Positions 34,777 to 46,300 of a DNA stretch of 64,000 bases are shown in pieces. This DNA is from Patescibacteria group bacterium (GTDB taxonomy: Bacteria; Patescibacteriota; Patescibacteriia; Patescibacteriales; UBA12465): the NCBI GenBank assembly GCA_041651195.1, contig JBAZJR010000001.1:135601-199600 (forward strand). Direction: 5' to 3'. Within the stretch, counting starts at the first letter, position 1, and the number at the start of each line of letters is the position of its first letter. A program made the position numbers and the translations under genes. Below the pieces are notes generated by a model. That model was not told the origin of the DNA and did not search any database. It saw only the letters and a program-made list of their open reading frames with translations.

Positions 34777-35802
34777 ATGGAAATATTTTATTTTACAGCT
34801 CAGGCAGAGCTTGATAGCTTTATCACCAGCGTTTCCGGCGGATTAAATGGTGATCAAGCGGCCAGCCAAATCAATAGCTATGGCGCGGAATATCTGCAAG
34901 CCTGGTTCTGGGGGGATATCTGCGTTGCGGAGGGAGCGGAAATCTGTCGGCTCGGCGCGCGCGATCAAAAGGGAATAGCGGCCGCCCTGACTCTGACCAA
35001 GGCTCGTTTAGCTGGCGGCTATTCTTATTGGTACGCGCCGCGCGGGCCGATACTCAGGAGCGATATCAGAGGCGACGCGATCCAGACTGCCTCCTGTTTA
35101 GATCTTTTTAGCCGGGAATTGCGGCGCTCTGATTCGCGCGTCGTTTTCTGGCGCTTGGAGCCGGCCGTTCTTCCGGCACGGACGGAGCAACCGTTAGCCA
35201 AGACTCTAGATCGGCAACCGGCCCGGACTCTGATCTTGGATTTAGGGCGGAATGAGGCGGAGTTGCTCGCGGGGATGCATCCGAAGACGCGCTATAATAT
35301 CCATTTGGCGGAGAAGAAAGGCGTAACTACCCGCGTCGGCCGCGCGGCCGACCAACCGGATTTCTGGCGTCTCTTGCGTTTGACCGGCGAGCGGGACGGC
35401 TTCCGGATCCATGACGCCCGGCATTATGAAAAGCTCTTAGCCGCGCCCGACGAAACGATCAAGCTGCTCTTGGCCGAGTACGGCGGACGCGTGATCGCTG
35501 CCGGTCTCTTCTGTTTCTGGGGCGGCCGCGCGACTTATCTCCACGGCGCTTCTGATAACGAATACCGCAACGCGATGGCGCCCTATCTCCTGCAGTGGAC
35601 GGCGATCCGCGCCGCCAAAGACCGGGGTTGCCGCTCTTATGATTTTTACGGGATCGACGAGAAGAAGTGGCCGGGCGTTACGCGTTTCAAGCTAGGTTTC
35701 GGCGGTGAACAGGTCAACTATCCGGGCACCTACGATTTAATTTTAAACCCGGCGCTTTATCGAGTTTACAGCTGGCTGAGGCGCCTGAGGAGGTTGATAT
35801 AA
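34777..35802 (+). CDS. FemAB family peptidoglycan interpeptide-bridge transferase
   Basis: KTRYNI..AEKKG, GFRIHD..YEKL and YLHGASDNEYRNAMAPYLLQW..I..A...G...YDFYGI are collinear with FemX/FemAB proteins. Confidence 0.8.
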   Translation: MEIFYFTAQAELDSFITSVSGGLNGDQAASQINSYGAEYLQAWFWGDICVAEGAEICRLGARDQKGIAAALTLTKARLAGGYSYWYAPRGPILRSDIRGDAIQTASCLDLFSRELRRSDSRVVFWRLEPAVLPARTEQPLAKTLDRQPARTLILDLGRNEAELLAGMHPKTRYNIHLAEKKGVTTRVGRAADQPDFWRLLRLTGERDGFRIHDARHYEKLLAAPDETIKLLLAEYGGRVIAAGLFCFWGGRATYLHGASDNEYRNAMAPYLLQWTAIRAAKDRGCRSYDFYGIDEKKWPGVTRFKLGFGGEQVNYPGTYDLILNPALYRVYSWLRRLRRLI

Positions 35803-35809
35803 TAAAAAA

Positions 35810-35833
35810 TCTCCCCGGAGGGGGAGACTTTTA
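35810..35833 (+). terminator. rho-independent terminator
   Basis: tctcccc ggag ggggaga followed by cttttat. Confidence 0.7.
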
Positions 35834-35845
35834 TGATTCCGTTGT

Positions 35846-36011
35846 GGCCTTAAATATTGGAACCGAACTTGACATTAATATAATTATAGCATAAATATTT
35901 TTTTGGTCAAGACCGATATTTGGTGATTTTCCGGGTGTGGACCCGCGGAGAGTTGAGCTCCGGGAACCAAATGTCAAGTTCGGTTCCGAAGGCCGCTTCC
36001 GGGCCCACACC
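35846..36011. repeat. highly structured intergenic element (perfect 18-bp inverted repeats plus a competing helix)
   Basis: ggaaccgaacttgacatt (35859-35876) and aatgtcaagttcggttcc (35970-35987) are perfect reverse complements, extended by ggcctt/aaggcc. In addition, gggtgtggacccg (35933-35945) can pair with cgggcccacacc (36000-36011). Confidence 0.5.
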
Positions 36012-36082
36012 ATCAGTCAATATAACAAACTAAAGTTTAAAAATATCTTAAATTTTTCTAAACTCAATCCACACCTTAATTT

Positions 36083-36598
36083 ATGTTAGCTGTTAACAAT
36101 ACTACCAAGTACCAGATTAATCTTAAAAAGATCAGCGGACTGGCGGAAAAATTTTTGCGCGCTTATAAAAAAACCGACCGCGAAATTTCTCTAGCAATCA
36201 TCGGCGATGCTCGGATGAAACGGCTGAACCGAGAATATCGAGGTATCAATAAAACGACTGATGTCCTATCTTTCGGGGCGGAAAAAAGAGGTCAGGAGAA
36301 AGCGCGTCCCGCCGAGCCGGCCAGGAGTAAATATCTGGGCGAGATCATCATCAATATCCAGGAAGCGCGGCGAGTAGCTAAATATCAAGGAATGTTCGCT
36401 GAATTAGGCCTGATAGATCCGGCCGACAAAATTAACGCCAAAATTAAAAAGATTAGCTCAATACGTATCCAGGATTATCTTTTTTACTTCTTATTGATCC
36501 ACGGCCTCTTGCATCTAATCGGCTATGACGACGCGACGGTCCAGGGCCGGCGGGAGATGCTGGAAAGAGGACAGAAATTCCTAAGCAAAAATTTATAA
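36083..36598 (+). CDS. ybeY: rRNA maturation endoribonuclease YbeY
   Basis: Zinc motif HGLLHLIGYDD and the TDVLSF block, with an internal insertion relative to typical ~150-aa YbeY. Confidence 0.85.
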   Translation: MLAVNNTTKYQINLKKISGLAEKFLRAYKKTDREISLAIIGDARMKRLNREYRGINKTTDVLSFGAEKRGQEKARPAEPARSKYLGEIIINIQEARRVAKYQGMFAELGLIDPADKINAKIKKISSIRIQDYLFYFLLIHGLLHLIGYDDATVQGRREMLERGQKFLSKNL

Positions 36599-36601
36599 AA
36601 G

Positions 36602-36610
36602 TGCTATAAT
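36602..36610 (+). promoter_or_regulatory. extended -10 promoter element (TGCTATAAT)
   Basis: It lies about 90 nt upstream of the 36697 start and may drive the minor-pilin operon. Confidence 0.4.
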
Positions 36611-36696
36611 TAAATCAGAAATAAAGGTTCCGGCGGCCTGGTTAAGAGACTTTAGCCGCCGAGTTTAAAGACTCGGGTAACCGAGCTAAATAGCGG

Positions 36697-38130
36697 ATGT
36701 TGAAGCAGATAAAAAATCCGATTTTGCTAGCGGCGTTTTGCCTCGCCGCGGTTTTGGCTATGGCCAAAGACGTCCAGGCGGTTTCCTATATCCACGGCGC
36801 GGCCTGGTGGGGGGATGAGACGCAATATGTCTATATGGACTGTTTAGATGATGTCACCGGCGACCAGCTGGACGCGCCAGGCAATCTGACCGTTCCGCCC
36901 GGCTTCCGTTTTTATTCCGTGCCCTGCACGAATTTGGTTCACCACGTCTCGATCGATGATAACGGCAATTTTGCCGGCGAGGCCTGGAATTATTCCAAGG
37001 GGCTCATCACTTTCGCGGCCACGAGCACGCCGCCCGATAATTATGCTTTTAACGCGAACTGCCTTAATACTTGTAATCTGAGTAATAGCTGTTCGGCTTG
37101 CTATAATGAAACGACCCAGAGAGTTTACGGCTGGGCGCGTGTCCTAGGGGACGGAACCTGGATCAAGTTAGATAGCGCCGCGTCCGCGACCCGGACACCG
37201 ACGGCGATCCAATCCTGGAACTTAAGCAATCCGGTTTTCCCCGGTCACGGGATCCAGCCGGGCGATTTTGTCGGTTCCGCGACGACCACTAGCGACGCGC
37301 TCAGCTTCAATTGCGAAAGCGAATGGAACGGAACTGATTTCGGCACTTGCGCGACGCGGAATTATAAGGCGTACGTCAGCAATCTGGAAATCGGCCATCT
37401 TTCCGCGCCGCATTGGAGCTATAGCGACGCCTGCGATTTCGGCGCGCGGAAAGCGGTCTTGAAATGGCTCCTGTCGAGCGGTACGCAGACAGCTTACCGC
37501 ATCATCATCAATACCGCGAACTCCACTTCCAGCCCGGTTTTTGACAGCGGCAAACAGGTTACCGCCGACACCCGCCAGCTCACTTGTCCGAGCGCGCTGT
37601 GCGTCAACGCCCTGGATTCTTCTCTCTGGACCCCGGCTTACGGCACGAATTATTATTGGTGGATCCAGCTCTGGGACGAGCAGGATCTGCCGACGACCTG
37701 GTATCAATTCGGCGTCATCGATGGCCACGGCGGCAATCTTGATGAGCAGACCGACGGCAATCCGGACGGCGATAACCGGACCTTCACCACCTACGCGCAC
37801 GAGTTTCCTAATCCTTTTTTCACCTGGGAGCCAGCCGAAGTCTTAGTCGGCACTTCCACGCTTTTCATCAGCAACTACGCGAGCGGCGACCCTTTGCCGC
37901 GCAGCTGCTATGGCGACTGCACCTATCTGTGGACAACGAGCGACATCAAGAATATCATCAGCGATCCTTTCGGGGCGACGACTTCCATCAATTTCTTCCG
38001 CCGTTCGACCAATACCGTCGTCACCTTGCGCGTGACCGACGCGAATAATTATTATTGCACCAAGTCTTCGACCCTGACGATCAATTACGGCCTGCCGATC
38101 TGGCGGGAAGTCAAGGCGGAAGAATATTAA
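36697..38130 (+). CDS. secreted Cys-containing hypothetical protein, first gene of the minor-pilin operon
   Basis: Signal peptide (LAAFCLAAVLAMAKDVQA). 477 aa with many Cys, Trp and Asn. Its stop is 16 nt before the first pseudopilin gene. Confidence 0.7.
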   Translation: MLKQIKNPILLAAFCLAAVLAMAKDVQAVSYIHGAAWWGDETQYVYMDCLDDVTGDQLDAPGNLTVPPGFRFYSVPCTNLVHHVSIDDNGNFAGEAWNYSKGLITFAATSTPPDNYAFNANCLNTCNLSNSCSACYNETTQRVYGWARVLGDGTWIKLDSAASATRTPTAIQSWNLSNPVFPGHGIQPGDFVGSATTTSDALSFNCESEWNGTDFGTCATRNYKAYVSNLEIGHLSAPHWSYSDACDFGARKAVLKWLLSSGTQTAYRIIINTANSTSSPVFDSGKQVTADTRQLTCPSALCVNALDSSLWTPAYGTNYYWWIQLWDEQDLPTTWYQFGVIDGHGGNLDEQTDGNPDGDNRTFTTYAHEFPNPFFTWEPAEVLVGTSTLFISNYASGDPLPRSCYGDCTYLWTTSDIKNIISDPFGATTSINFFRRSTNTVVTLRVTDANNYYCTKSSTLTINYGLPIWREVKAEEY

Positions 38131-38146
38131 CGGACTGATCAGGCCT

Positions 38147-38749
38147 ATGAATAAGCATATGAAAACCAGAGGCTTTACCTTGATTGAGATGGTTATCAGC
38201 ATCTCGATCATTTTGATGATCACCGTCTTATTCATCGTCAACTATCATTCCACAGATAAGCGGTCCGACCTGGTGATGGCCGCCCAGAATCTGGTCGCCG
38301 ATCTGCACTTGGCACAGAATAATACCTTGGGCCTGGTGAAATATAATGGCGATGCCGGCGGCGTGCCGCCCGGCGGCTGGGGGATAAGCTTCGATACCGG
38401 CAACAACGCCTATACGCTGTTCGCCGACCTAGACCGGCCGCCCGCGCCCGGCAGTCCTAGCCCGGGCTATATGAAATATGATCCGAGTTCGGAAGGGAAT
38501 ATCCGTTACGGCGCCCGCGTGACGCAGCTACCGTCCCAGATCGAAATCATGGAGCTCCGGACCGGCGGCGGCTTGCTTAATCCGCGCGTCAACGTGAGCT
38601 TTCTCCCGCCGGATCCGCAGACTAACATTTATCGGGTCGATACGGCCGCGACTTCGACCGTCCTAGAGATCAAGCTGCGCGAAACGCAGAGTAATTCTAC
38701 TAAGACCGTCCGGGTTAATTTCCTGGGCTTAGCTGAGGTCGTCGATTAA
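38147..38749 (+). CDS. prepilin-type minor pilin / pseudopilin
   Basis: MNKHMKTRG|FTLIEMVISISIILMI is a class III signal. Confidence 0.8.
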   Translation: MNKHMKTRGFTLIEMVISISIILMITVLFIVNYHSTDKRSDLVMAAQNLVADLHLAQNNTLGLVKYNGDAGGVPPGGWGISFDTGNNAYTLFADLDRPPAPGSPSPGYMKYDPSSEGNIRYGARVTQLPSQIEIMELRTGGGLLNPRVNVSFLPPDPQTNIYRVDTAATSTVLEIKLRETQSNSTKTVRVNFLGLAEVVD

Positions 38750-38753
38750 ATTT

Positions 38754-39242
38754 ATGAAAAGAGGCTTTTCCCTCGTGGAAATAATCACTATCCTATTTAT
38801 CATTTCATTGGGCCTGGTCGGCATCCTCTCTCTTCTGATTCAGAATATCCAGAGCCAGGGCTATAATAAGAATAACCTGATCGCCTACCAGCTGGCGCAG
38901 GAGGGAGTAGAATTGATCCGGAAAGTCAGGGATTCTAATTGGCGCACGGCGAACGAACCCCTGGACGAATTATTTACGGCCGGGCAATACTATATGGATT
39001 ATCTGGATAGCGAGCCGCAGCCGTATTCGGGTTCGCCCGCGCAGCTGGTCTTGAAGCAGGATGCGGCCGGTTTTTATTTCCACGATCTGGCGTCCACCGC
39101 GACAAGCAGCATCTTTTCGCGCCTCATCGTCTTACAAAATGTCAGCGCCGCTTCGGTCCGAGTCATCGTCCGGGTTTCCTGGGAGGATCGGGAGCGCAAT
39201 TACGCTTATGATTTGGAAACAATGCTCTACAATTGGCGCTAG
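38754..39242 (+). CDS. prepilin-type minor pilin / pseudopilin
   Basis: MKRG|FSLVEIITILFIISLG is a class III signal. The gap from the upstream gene is 4 nt. Confidence 0.8.
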   Translation: MKRGFSLVEIITILFIISLGLVGILSLLIQNIQSQGYNKNNLIAYQLAQEGVELIRKVRDSNWRTANEPLDELFTAGQYYMDYLDSEPQPYSGSPAQLVLKQDAAGFYFHDLASTATSSIFSRLIVLQNVSAASVRVIVRVSWEDRERNYAYDLETMLYNWR

Positions 39243-39297
39243 GCGTCCGGCTAAGGTCCGGGCGCGATTTCTCCGGAAGCGGGCCGATTCCTCCGCG

Positions 39298-39831
39298 ATG
39301 TCCGGTTTTTCTCTGATGGAAGTCGTGGTTTCCGTCTCGCTTTTCGTCGTGATCATCCTTTCGTCTACGGAAATCTTCAAATTGGTCATCGATAGCCAAA
39401 GGAGCGCGCTCGCGGCGCAGAATGTCCAGGAGAGCTTGAAATATTTTTTGGAAGTGATCGGCAAGGAGATCCGGATGGCCCAGGTCAATAAGGGGGTCTG
39501 CCCGCTCATTCCGCCCAGCAAGGTCTTCTTAGTGACCAGCGGGACTCTGGGCGACACGCTTTCTTTCAAGAATTATTATAACCAATGCGTGACCTACTCG
39601 CTGGTGGCCGACGGCTCTAACCAGCGTTTCCAGATCGCCCGCAATACCGCCGTTGATTTTATTTCGCCGCTCAAAGTCCAGATCGATAATCTCAACTTTA
39701 CTTTGAACGGAGGCGTCGGATCACAGTCGATGGTAACAGTCAATCTGCGGGCGCACGCGCTCGATGAAGCGAAATCCAAGTCGGATATGGTCATCCAGAC
39801 CAGCCTGACTTCGCGGTATTATAAGGAATAA
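39298..39831 (+). CDS. prepilin-type minor pilin / pseudopilin
   Basis: MSG|FSLMEVVVSVSLFVVI at the internal ATG 39298. The track ORF start at 39061 would overlap the previous gene out of frame. Confidence 0.7.
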   Translation: MSGFSLMEVVVSVSLFVVIILSSTEIFKLVIDSQRSALAAQNVQESLKYFLEVIGKEIRMAQVNKGVCPLIPPSKVFLVTSGTLGDTLSFKNYYNQCVTYSLVADGSNQRFQIARNTAVDFISPLKVQIDNLNFTLNGGVGSQSMVTVNLRAHALDEAKSKSDMVIQTSLTSRYYKE

Positions 39832-39835
39832 GATT

Positions 39836-40237
39836 ATGATGAGAATTGACCAGCTCCGTAAATATAGCCAAAAATATAGCCGAAAAGACAGGCCCGCCAG
39901 CGCGATGATCTTGACGATGTTTATCTTGTCCGGCATGCTGATCGTCGCGATGAGCGGCGCCTATGTCGTTTGGCTGGGCATCAAGGCCGGCGGCATCCAG
40001 GCGCAGTCGACCAAAGCCTACTACGCGGCCGAAGCCGGCGCGGAACGCCTGCTCTATGAATTGAATTATGGCGCCTTCGTTTATGAAGATCCGTCCACGG
40101 CCGTGATTTTCAGCGACACCCTGAATTCCGGCGCCGTTTATAATGATTATTTTATCTCTTCGCCGCCTCTGGTTTTCCAGGCAATCGGCGATTACCAGAG
40201 CACGAAACGGAGCGTAGAAATCCGTTTCGGAGATTGA
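39836..40237 (+). CDS. PilX-N-like minor pilus protein
   Basis: Basic N-terminus, a transmembrane helix (ILTMFILSGMLIVAMSGAYVVWL), then AYYAAEAGAERLLYEL as in PilX N-terminal domains. Confidence 0.55.
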   Translation: MMRIDQLRKYSQKYSRKDRPASAMILTMFILSGMLIVAMSGAYVVWLGIKAGGIQAQSTKAYYAAEAGAERLLYELNYGAFVYEDPSTAVIFSDTLNSGAVYNDYFISSPPLVFQAIGDYQSTKRSVEIRFGD

Positions 40238-40271
40238 TTTATTATTAGCTCTTTTTTAAGGGCTTTTTTGC

Positions 40272-40300
40272 TTGGCAAGCCGGGCGGGAAATGGTATAAT
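40272..40300 (+). promoter_or_regulatory. promoter with an extended -10 upstream of the first giant gene
   Basis: TTGGCA, a 17-nt spacer, then TATAAT preceded by TGg. Confidence 0.5.
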
Positions 40301-40338
40301 TTAAGCAAGTAAAAAAAGTTGTAAAACTTTAGTTTTTA

Positions 40339-43300
40339 ATGCCTCGATTTCATAGGTGGCAATCAAAAATTATCATAGCCGTTTTATTATTAAGCGGTAG
40401 TTTTTTGTTATTCTCTGACGCAGAAAACGCGCAGGCCTATCACGCTACTTCCAGCTATAATAAAGCTTTTAATGATACCCTGACTTCTGAGAATTGGAAC
40501 GACCTGTTCAGCGATTTCGTTAATACCTGGCTCCCGGTTTCTCTGAACGGTCCGGTCGGCATCGCGACACCCGCGCCAGCGGCCGGGCTTAGCGTCAACG
40601 GACCGATTAATGCCACCAGATTATTTACGACCAGCAACGTCGGCATAGGGACGACAAATCCCGGCTCCAACTTGCATATTATCGGCAGCCTGGACGCGAC
40701 CGGCACGGTCAACGGCACCGGCCTTTGTATCGCCGGCGTCTGTAAGACCGATTGGAGCGTCGTCGGCGCGACAAGCGGCTGGACAATCAACGGGACGACG
40801 GTCTATAAGACTGATATTAATGGCAATGTCGGGATTGGGACGACTAATCCAGCCAATAAATTAACTATTGTTGGCTCTCCAGCCAGTACATGGGAAACAG
40901 CAACACTACGAGTCAACGGATCTGCAACCGAAGGGCTATGGTTCGGTTATAATACGACGAATGATGTCGGTTTGATCGGAGCGGCTGAAGATAATATTGC
41001 TCATAGAAATTTGTCCTTAGCGCCTACCGGCGGCAATGTTGGCGTCGGGACGACAGCGCCGACGCATAAATTAGAGGTCAATGGGAACATATCTATCAGC
41101 GGCTCCAGTCCGCAGACGCTTAGGATGGGGGCCGCAGCTACGCTTACTCGTGATACGACGACTGGCCTTACTACGCTGGCCACAAATAACTCTCATATCG
41201 CCCTCATGCCGGTAAATGGCAACGTCGGGGTGGGGACGACTGCGCCTAGTAGTAAGTTGCATGTTAATTTAGGAAGTACTGGTGCGTTAGGTTTTAACTC
41301 TGGACTTTGGATACAAAATAATTTTGGCGATGTAGCGACTAATCGTGGCGCAGGTATTACAATGCAAAATCACGATGTTTATGTAGGTGGTATTTATGCA
41401 ATCAGACCAGTTTCCAGTTGGAGGGGTGATTTGGCATTTTATACCCATAATGATAGCAGCGGAAATACTTTTGGAACCACTTTTACGGAAAAAATGCGGA
41501 TTCAATACGATGGCAACGTTGGGATTGGTATAACCAATCCGAGGGCGAAGTTGCAGGTTCTGGGAACCATACAGTCTGATGTGACTGAAGGCGGTAGCGC
41601 GTTTATAGCTAGAAATTCATCCGGAGTAAACCGGTTTGCCTTGAATACTATTTTAACCGGAGGATGGACCATGTATGACTTTGGCGGTAGCGCTTGGAAC
41701 GCCGGAATCTCTCAAGTAAATGGCAACGTCGGTATCGCCAAGACCAATCCCACCGCTACTTTAGATGTCACCGGCTCCATCAACGCTTCCGGCACGGTCA
41801 ACGGCACTGGCCTTTGTATTGCTGGTGATTGCAAGGTTTCCTGGCCGTCCATCGTCTCGGCTGGCGGCGGCAATCTCTGGAACGGCACGACGACCGGCGC
41901 GATCTGGAATGCTAATGGTGTTAACAATGTCGGGATCGGTAAAACTAATCCAGAAAATTTGCTTGACGTCGCTGGCGCGACAAAAGCTTATAATTATTTT
42001 ACCAATTCAAACAATGCAGGCTTTTTCGCAAGCGGGAACAATGATTACGGAACAGGCTTAATCAGTGATGCGTCTGATAATCTGTATTTGAGGGCCGGAG
42101 CGTCAAGTAATGGCAAGTTTACTTTATTAACTACCGGCAACGTCGGAATTGGGACGACAACCCCTATCCGTAATTTAGAAGTTAATTCCGGCAGCAGTGG
42201 AGTGGTGGCCCAATTTACTTCCAGTAATACTTCTAATAATTATTCTTTAGTTGACTTATATAATGCTAGTACTGGAAAATATTTTAGATTAGGTTTATTT
42301 GATAGTGGAGTCGCCGGTATCGGGGAGGGGTCCAGTATTATTCCTGATATTTCTATTAATTCATCCGGCAACGTCGGAATTGGGACGACTACGCCTTCTA
42401 ACAAGCTACATGTTTATGGTACATCTGGAAGACTTGCGGTTTTTGGTGATGTCGGAGTTTCTACCCCAACCGCGACTCCTGTTAATATTTCTTTCGGTTC
42501 AACATATGGAAATAGTACTCCAGGCAGTGTTAATAATTTAAAATGGGATTTGTTTTCCAGTAGTTCGTCTGGTAGTAGGTATGGTATAGGTATGTCGGCC
42601 AATTTAATGGAATTTCAGTCCGGTCCAAGTGGAGGATTGGGTTTCTTTGTAAACCAGGGAAGTGAAGCGATGAGGATTATTTCAAATGGCAACGTCGGCA
42701 TCTCTAAAACTAACCCCGGCGCCACTCTAGACGTCACTGGCTCCATCAACGCTTCCGGCACGGTGAACGGCACCGGCCTTTGTATCGCCGGTGACTGCAA
42801 AGTCTCCTGGCCGTCTATCGTCTCGGCCGGTGGAGGTAACTTATGGAACGGCACGACGACCGGCGCGATCTGGAACGCTAATGGCGCTAATAACGTGGGT
42901 ATCGGGACGACCGCGCCGGGAGCGAAGTTGGAAGTGAAAGACGGAGATGTCAAAATAAATAGTGGAAAACCAGTGGTAGATTTACGGGAATCTGACCAAA
43001 CATTGCCTGCTGGATTATGGCGGATTCAGACACAAAATAATCAGATGGGTTTTGTTCGTAATACGGCTGTGGCAGGAGATTTTTCTTCTGGTTTCACGCC
43101 TTTGTACTTTGATGCAAATAATTATGCGATTTTTAATGCAGGCAACGTCGGTATTGGGACGACTGCACCAGAAGCGAAGTTGGAAGTTGCAGGAAACATT
43201 AAAACGACAGGGGCAATATATAATTCTTATAAACAGTTTATATTTGACCCAGGTGCAGTTTCTACAAAATATACTCAATATCTTGGAACATTTAGTATTT

Positions 43301-46300
43301 CAAATGGAGTAGTTGAAATTATTATAGAAGATAGCGGAAATTCTCACGGTGCAAGTAGCTTTTTTAGAGTAACCCGTCACTATGACAGAACCCCTATTGT
43401 CCAAATCCAAAACAATGGACTAATGGGAGTTAATTATCAAATATACTATAGAAATTTGACACCAAATAATTATGAGTTATTTTTTGTTGATGGGAGAGCG
43501 AGTAATGGCAATAATGTCACATATAATGTATATACAAGACAACAAGGAGCTATTATCAGTGAAAGCATAAGTGCAGCTAATGACACCGGTATCAATTTGG
43601 CTAATATAGGAGTAGTAGTATCAGAATCCGGCAACGTCGGAATTGGGACGACGGGACCGAGTGAGAAATTGCATGTAAATGGTGGTAATATTCAGGTAAC
43701 AGGAGCTACTGATTCTGCTTATTTCAAAGCGCTTGACACCAGTAATGGAGTTCAGACTTGGTTTGGGGTCTCCTCGGCAGCAAGAGGTTTTATAGGGACA
43801 ATTACTAATCATGCTCTTGGTTTTAGAACAAATAATGCCGACAGACTGCTAATAGATGCTTCTGGCAACGTCGGTATCATGAAAACAAATCCCGGTACGA
43901 CCCTAGATATCGTCGGCGGCATCAACGCCTCCGGCACAGTGAATGGCACCGGCCTTTGTATCGCTGGAGTCTGCAAAACCGATTGGGGCGGCGTTGGCGC
44001 GACAAGCGGCTGGACGGTCAACGGCACGACGGTCTATAAGACTGATGTAAATGGGAATGTCGGGATTGGAGCGGTCGGCCCGGAATCTAAGCTAGAGATT
44101 TATGAGGCAACTCCGCTTGGCGGGACATTAGGAAATTATCAGATTTTAACAACGCTTCGAAGTCCGGGCGGATCAGGCGGTAATAATGTATATAATCGAA
44201 CGTGGTCACTTAGAGATGCTGCTGGAACGACTTGGACGACTTGGCGAGAGCATAACGGTCTAGGAATAGACACCTCATATGCTACCCCGTTGACGGATCG
44301 TGTATGGTGGGAAAGAGACCCGTATAATCAGATTCAGTCATGGGGCTCAGAGAGTTCTGCTTGGCTTACTATTAATAATGGCAACGTCGGCATCGGGACG
44401 ACTAATCCTCGGGCTCCTTTAGAAATTTATAAAGATGGCGCTGCTAACATTGGAAGTTTTTTGTTAGACCAGCCGACTATCCCTACTGGTTCAACTAGCA
44501 AAGGCCCACATTTTTTCTTTAAATCAGGTGGTATCGATAGGGGTTGGTTTGGTTTTTTTGACAACTCTGCTCATGGAAATGGTACGGCCCTGAATCTGCG
44601 TTCGGCAGGCGATGTTAGACTGGGCGCATCTATCGCCAATGCTCCAGATATGATTATAAAAGTAGGCGGCAACGTCGGTATCTCTAAAACTAACCCCGCT
44701 GCGACTCTAGACGTCACCGGCTCTATCAACGCTTCTGGCACAGTTAACGGCACCGGCTTATGCATCGGCGGCGACTGCAAGGTCTCCTGGCCGTCCATCG
44801 TCTCCGCCGGCGGCGGGAACCTTTGGAACGGCACGACCACTGGGGCGATCTGGAACGCGAATGGGACGAATAATGTGGGCATCGGGACGACGAATCCGGA
44901 TTATAAATTGGTAGTTAATGGCGGAAATTTGAGAATTAATGACGCTGGTTATTTGATGTTGACAAATGATGCTGAGGATTCACATATATATTTTCAAAAC
45001 ACGGGTACTTCGGCACAAAGACAGTTGGAAATTAAATATACTGGAGCAGGGACTCCAGTTATGGTCATAAATAATGCAGGCAACGTCGGCATCGGAACAA
45101 CAGCTCCGACCGAAAGACTGCAGGTCGCGGGCACTTTCGAAGCCCAGCAGTATAAATTGCCTAAGCAGTTTTATGGCCAGTATAATGATCTCTCAAACAG
45201 GATAGTCAGCACCGCGGCTTTTCAGGGTTGGTCTGACGCCTTTCAATCTAAGCCGATCAGCGATGTGGAATATTGGAACGGTAGCAGCTGGGTGGCTTGG
45301 ACGGATAAGGATATGACACCCTTGTTTAGCGGCAATCGGAGCACCTCCGTCCCTATCCCGGTAGACCGTTCCCGATTCCGCCTGACAGTCCAGGCTGGAT
45401 CTTGGTTCGGCGGCGGATTGCTTAATATTTATGAAGAATGGACCAGCGCGCATACCGGATATTCCTTCATCGTCGAAAGGAGCACCGATAAAGTTTCGTG
45501 GACGACGATAGACACCGGCACCGTTCCTAACGGCACTTATCAGGCCTATATCGCTAATTTGCCGCATGTCGTTGATGGTTATTTCAGAATCACTTTAGAT
45601 TTTGGGACGCTATCAGTCCCTCAGACCCTGGTTTGGATAAGAGCCCTGACTTCGAGGTTATCATACGGCGTCCAGCAGGGGTTGCCTCTCTCCACCTCCT
45701 ATAACAAAACCATAACTATGCAGGGTGGGCTAGTCGTACAAGGGACCAGCAATTCTTCAGTCGCTGGTAATTTAGGTATTGCCAAGACTAATCCAGGCAC
45801 GACCTTAGATGTTACCGGCTCCATCAACGCTTCCGGCACCGTGAACGGCACCGGCCTCTGTATCGCTGGCGATTGCAAGGTTTCCTGGCCAGCGATCATC
45901 GCGGCTGGCGGCGGCAACCTCTGGAGCGGCACGACGACCGGCGCGATCTGGAACGCGAATGGGACGAATAATGTGGGTGTCGGGACGACGGCACCGGGGG
46001 CTCGTTTGGAAGTCAAAGATGGTGGTACGGCCGGCTCCGTAGTTGCCTCTATACGACAAGATGATGACAGTACCTATGGGTTGGTTATTAATAATGGATC
46101 CTGGTCAGGGACCCTCACCAATGGTTTAAGGCAGTACGTTAATTTAGCGGGAACTTATGCCGCGATTGACCACTATGAGGCAGGGGGGGCAAAATTAATT
46201 TTGAATCCTAGCGGCGGCAACGTCGGCATCGGCACCACCGCACCCGTATATAAATTAGACGTCAACGGTCCAATAAGAAGCAACGCCACGGTTTTTGTGC

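Noticed and set aside
35831-36013. 60-aa minus-strand ORF in the femAB-ybeY gap.
   Set aside because: It lies entirely within the inverted-repeat structure, with no RBS and low-complexity content. The structure itself is reported as a finding instead.
39061-39297. N-terminal extension of the third pseudopilin ORF as given in the ORF track (start at 39061).
   Set aside because: The extension overlaps the 3' end of the preceding gene in another frame and is Arg/Ser-rich nonsense. The internal ATG at 39298 yields a canonical MSG|FSLMEV prepilin signal.
46183-46189. A G7 homopolymer inside the first giant gene as a possible phase-variation switch.
   Set aside because: Seven residues is short for efficient slippage. 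It encodes an ordinary EAGGAK stretch, and there is no heterogeneity information in a single sequence.
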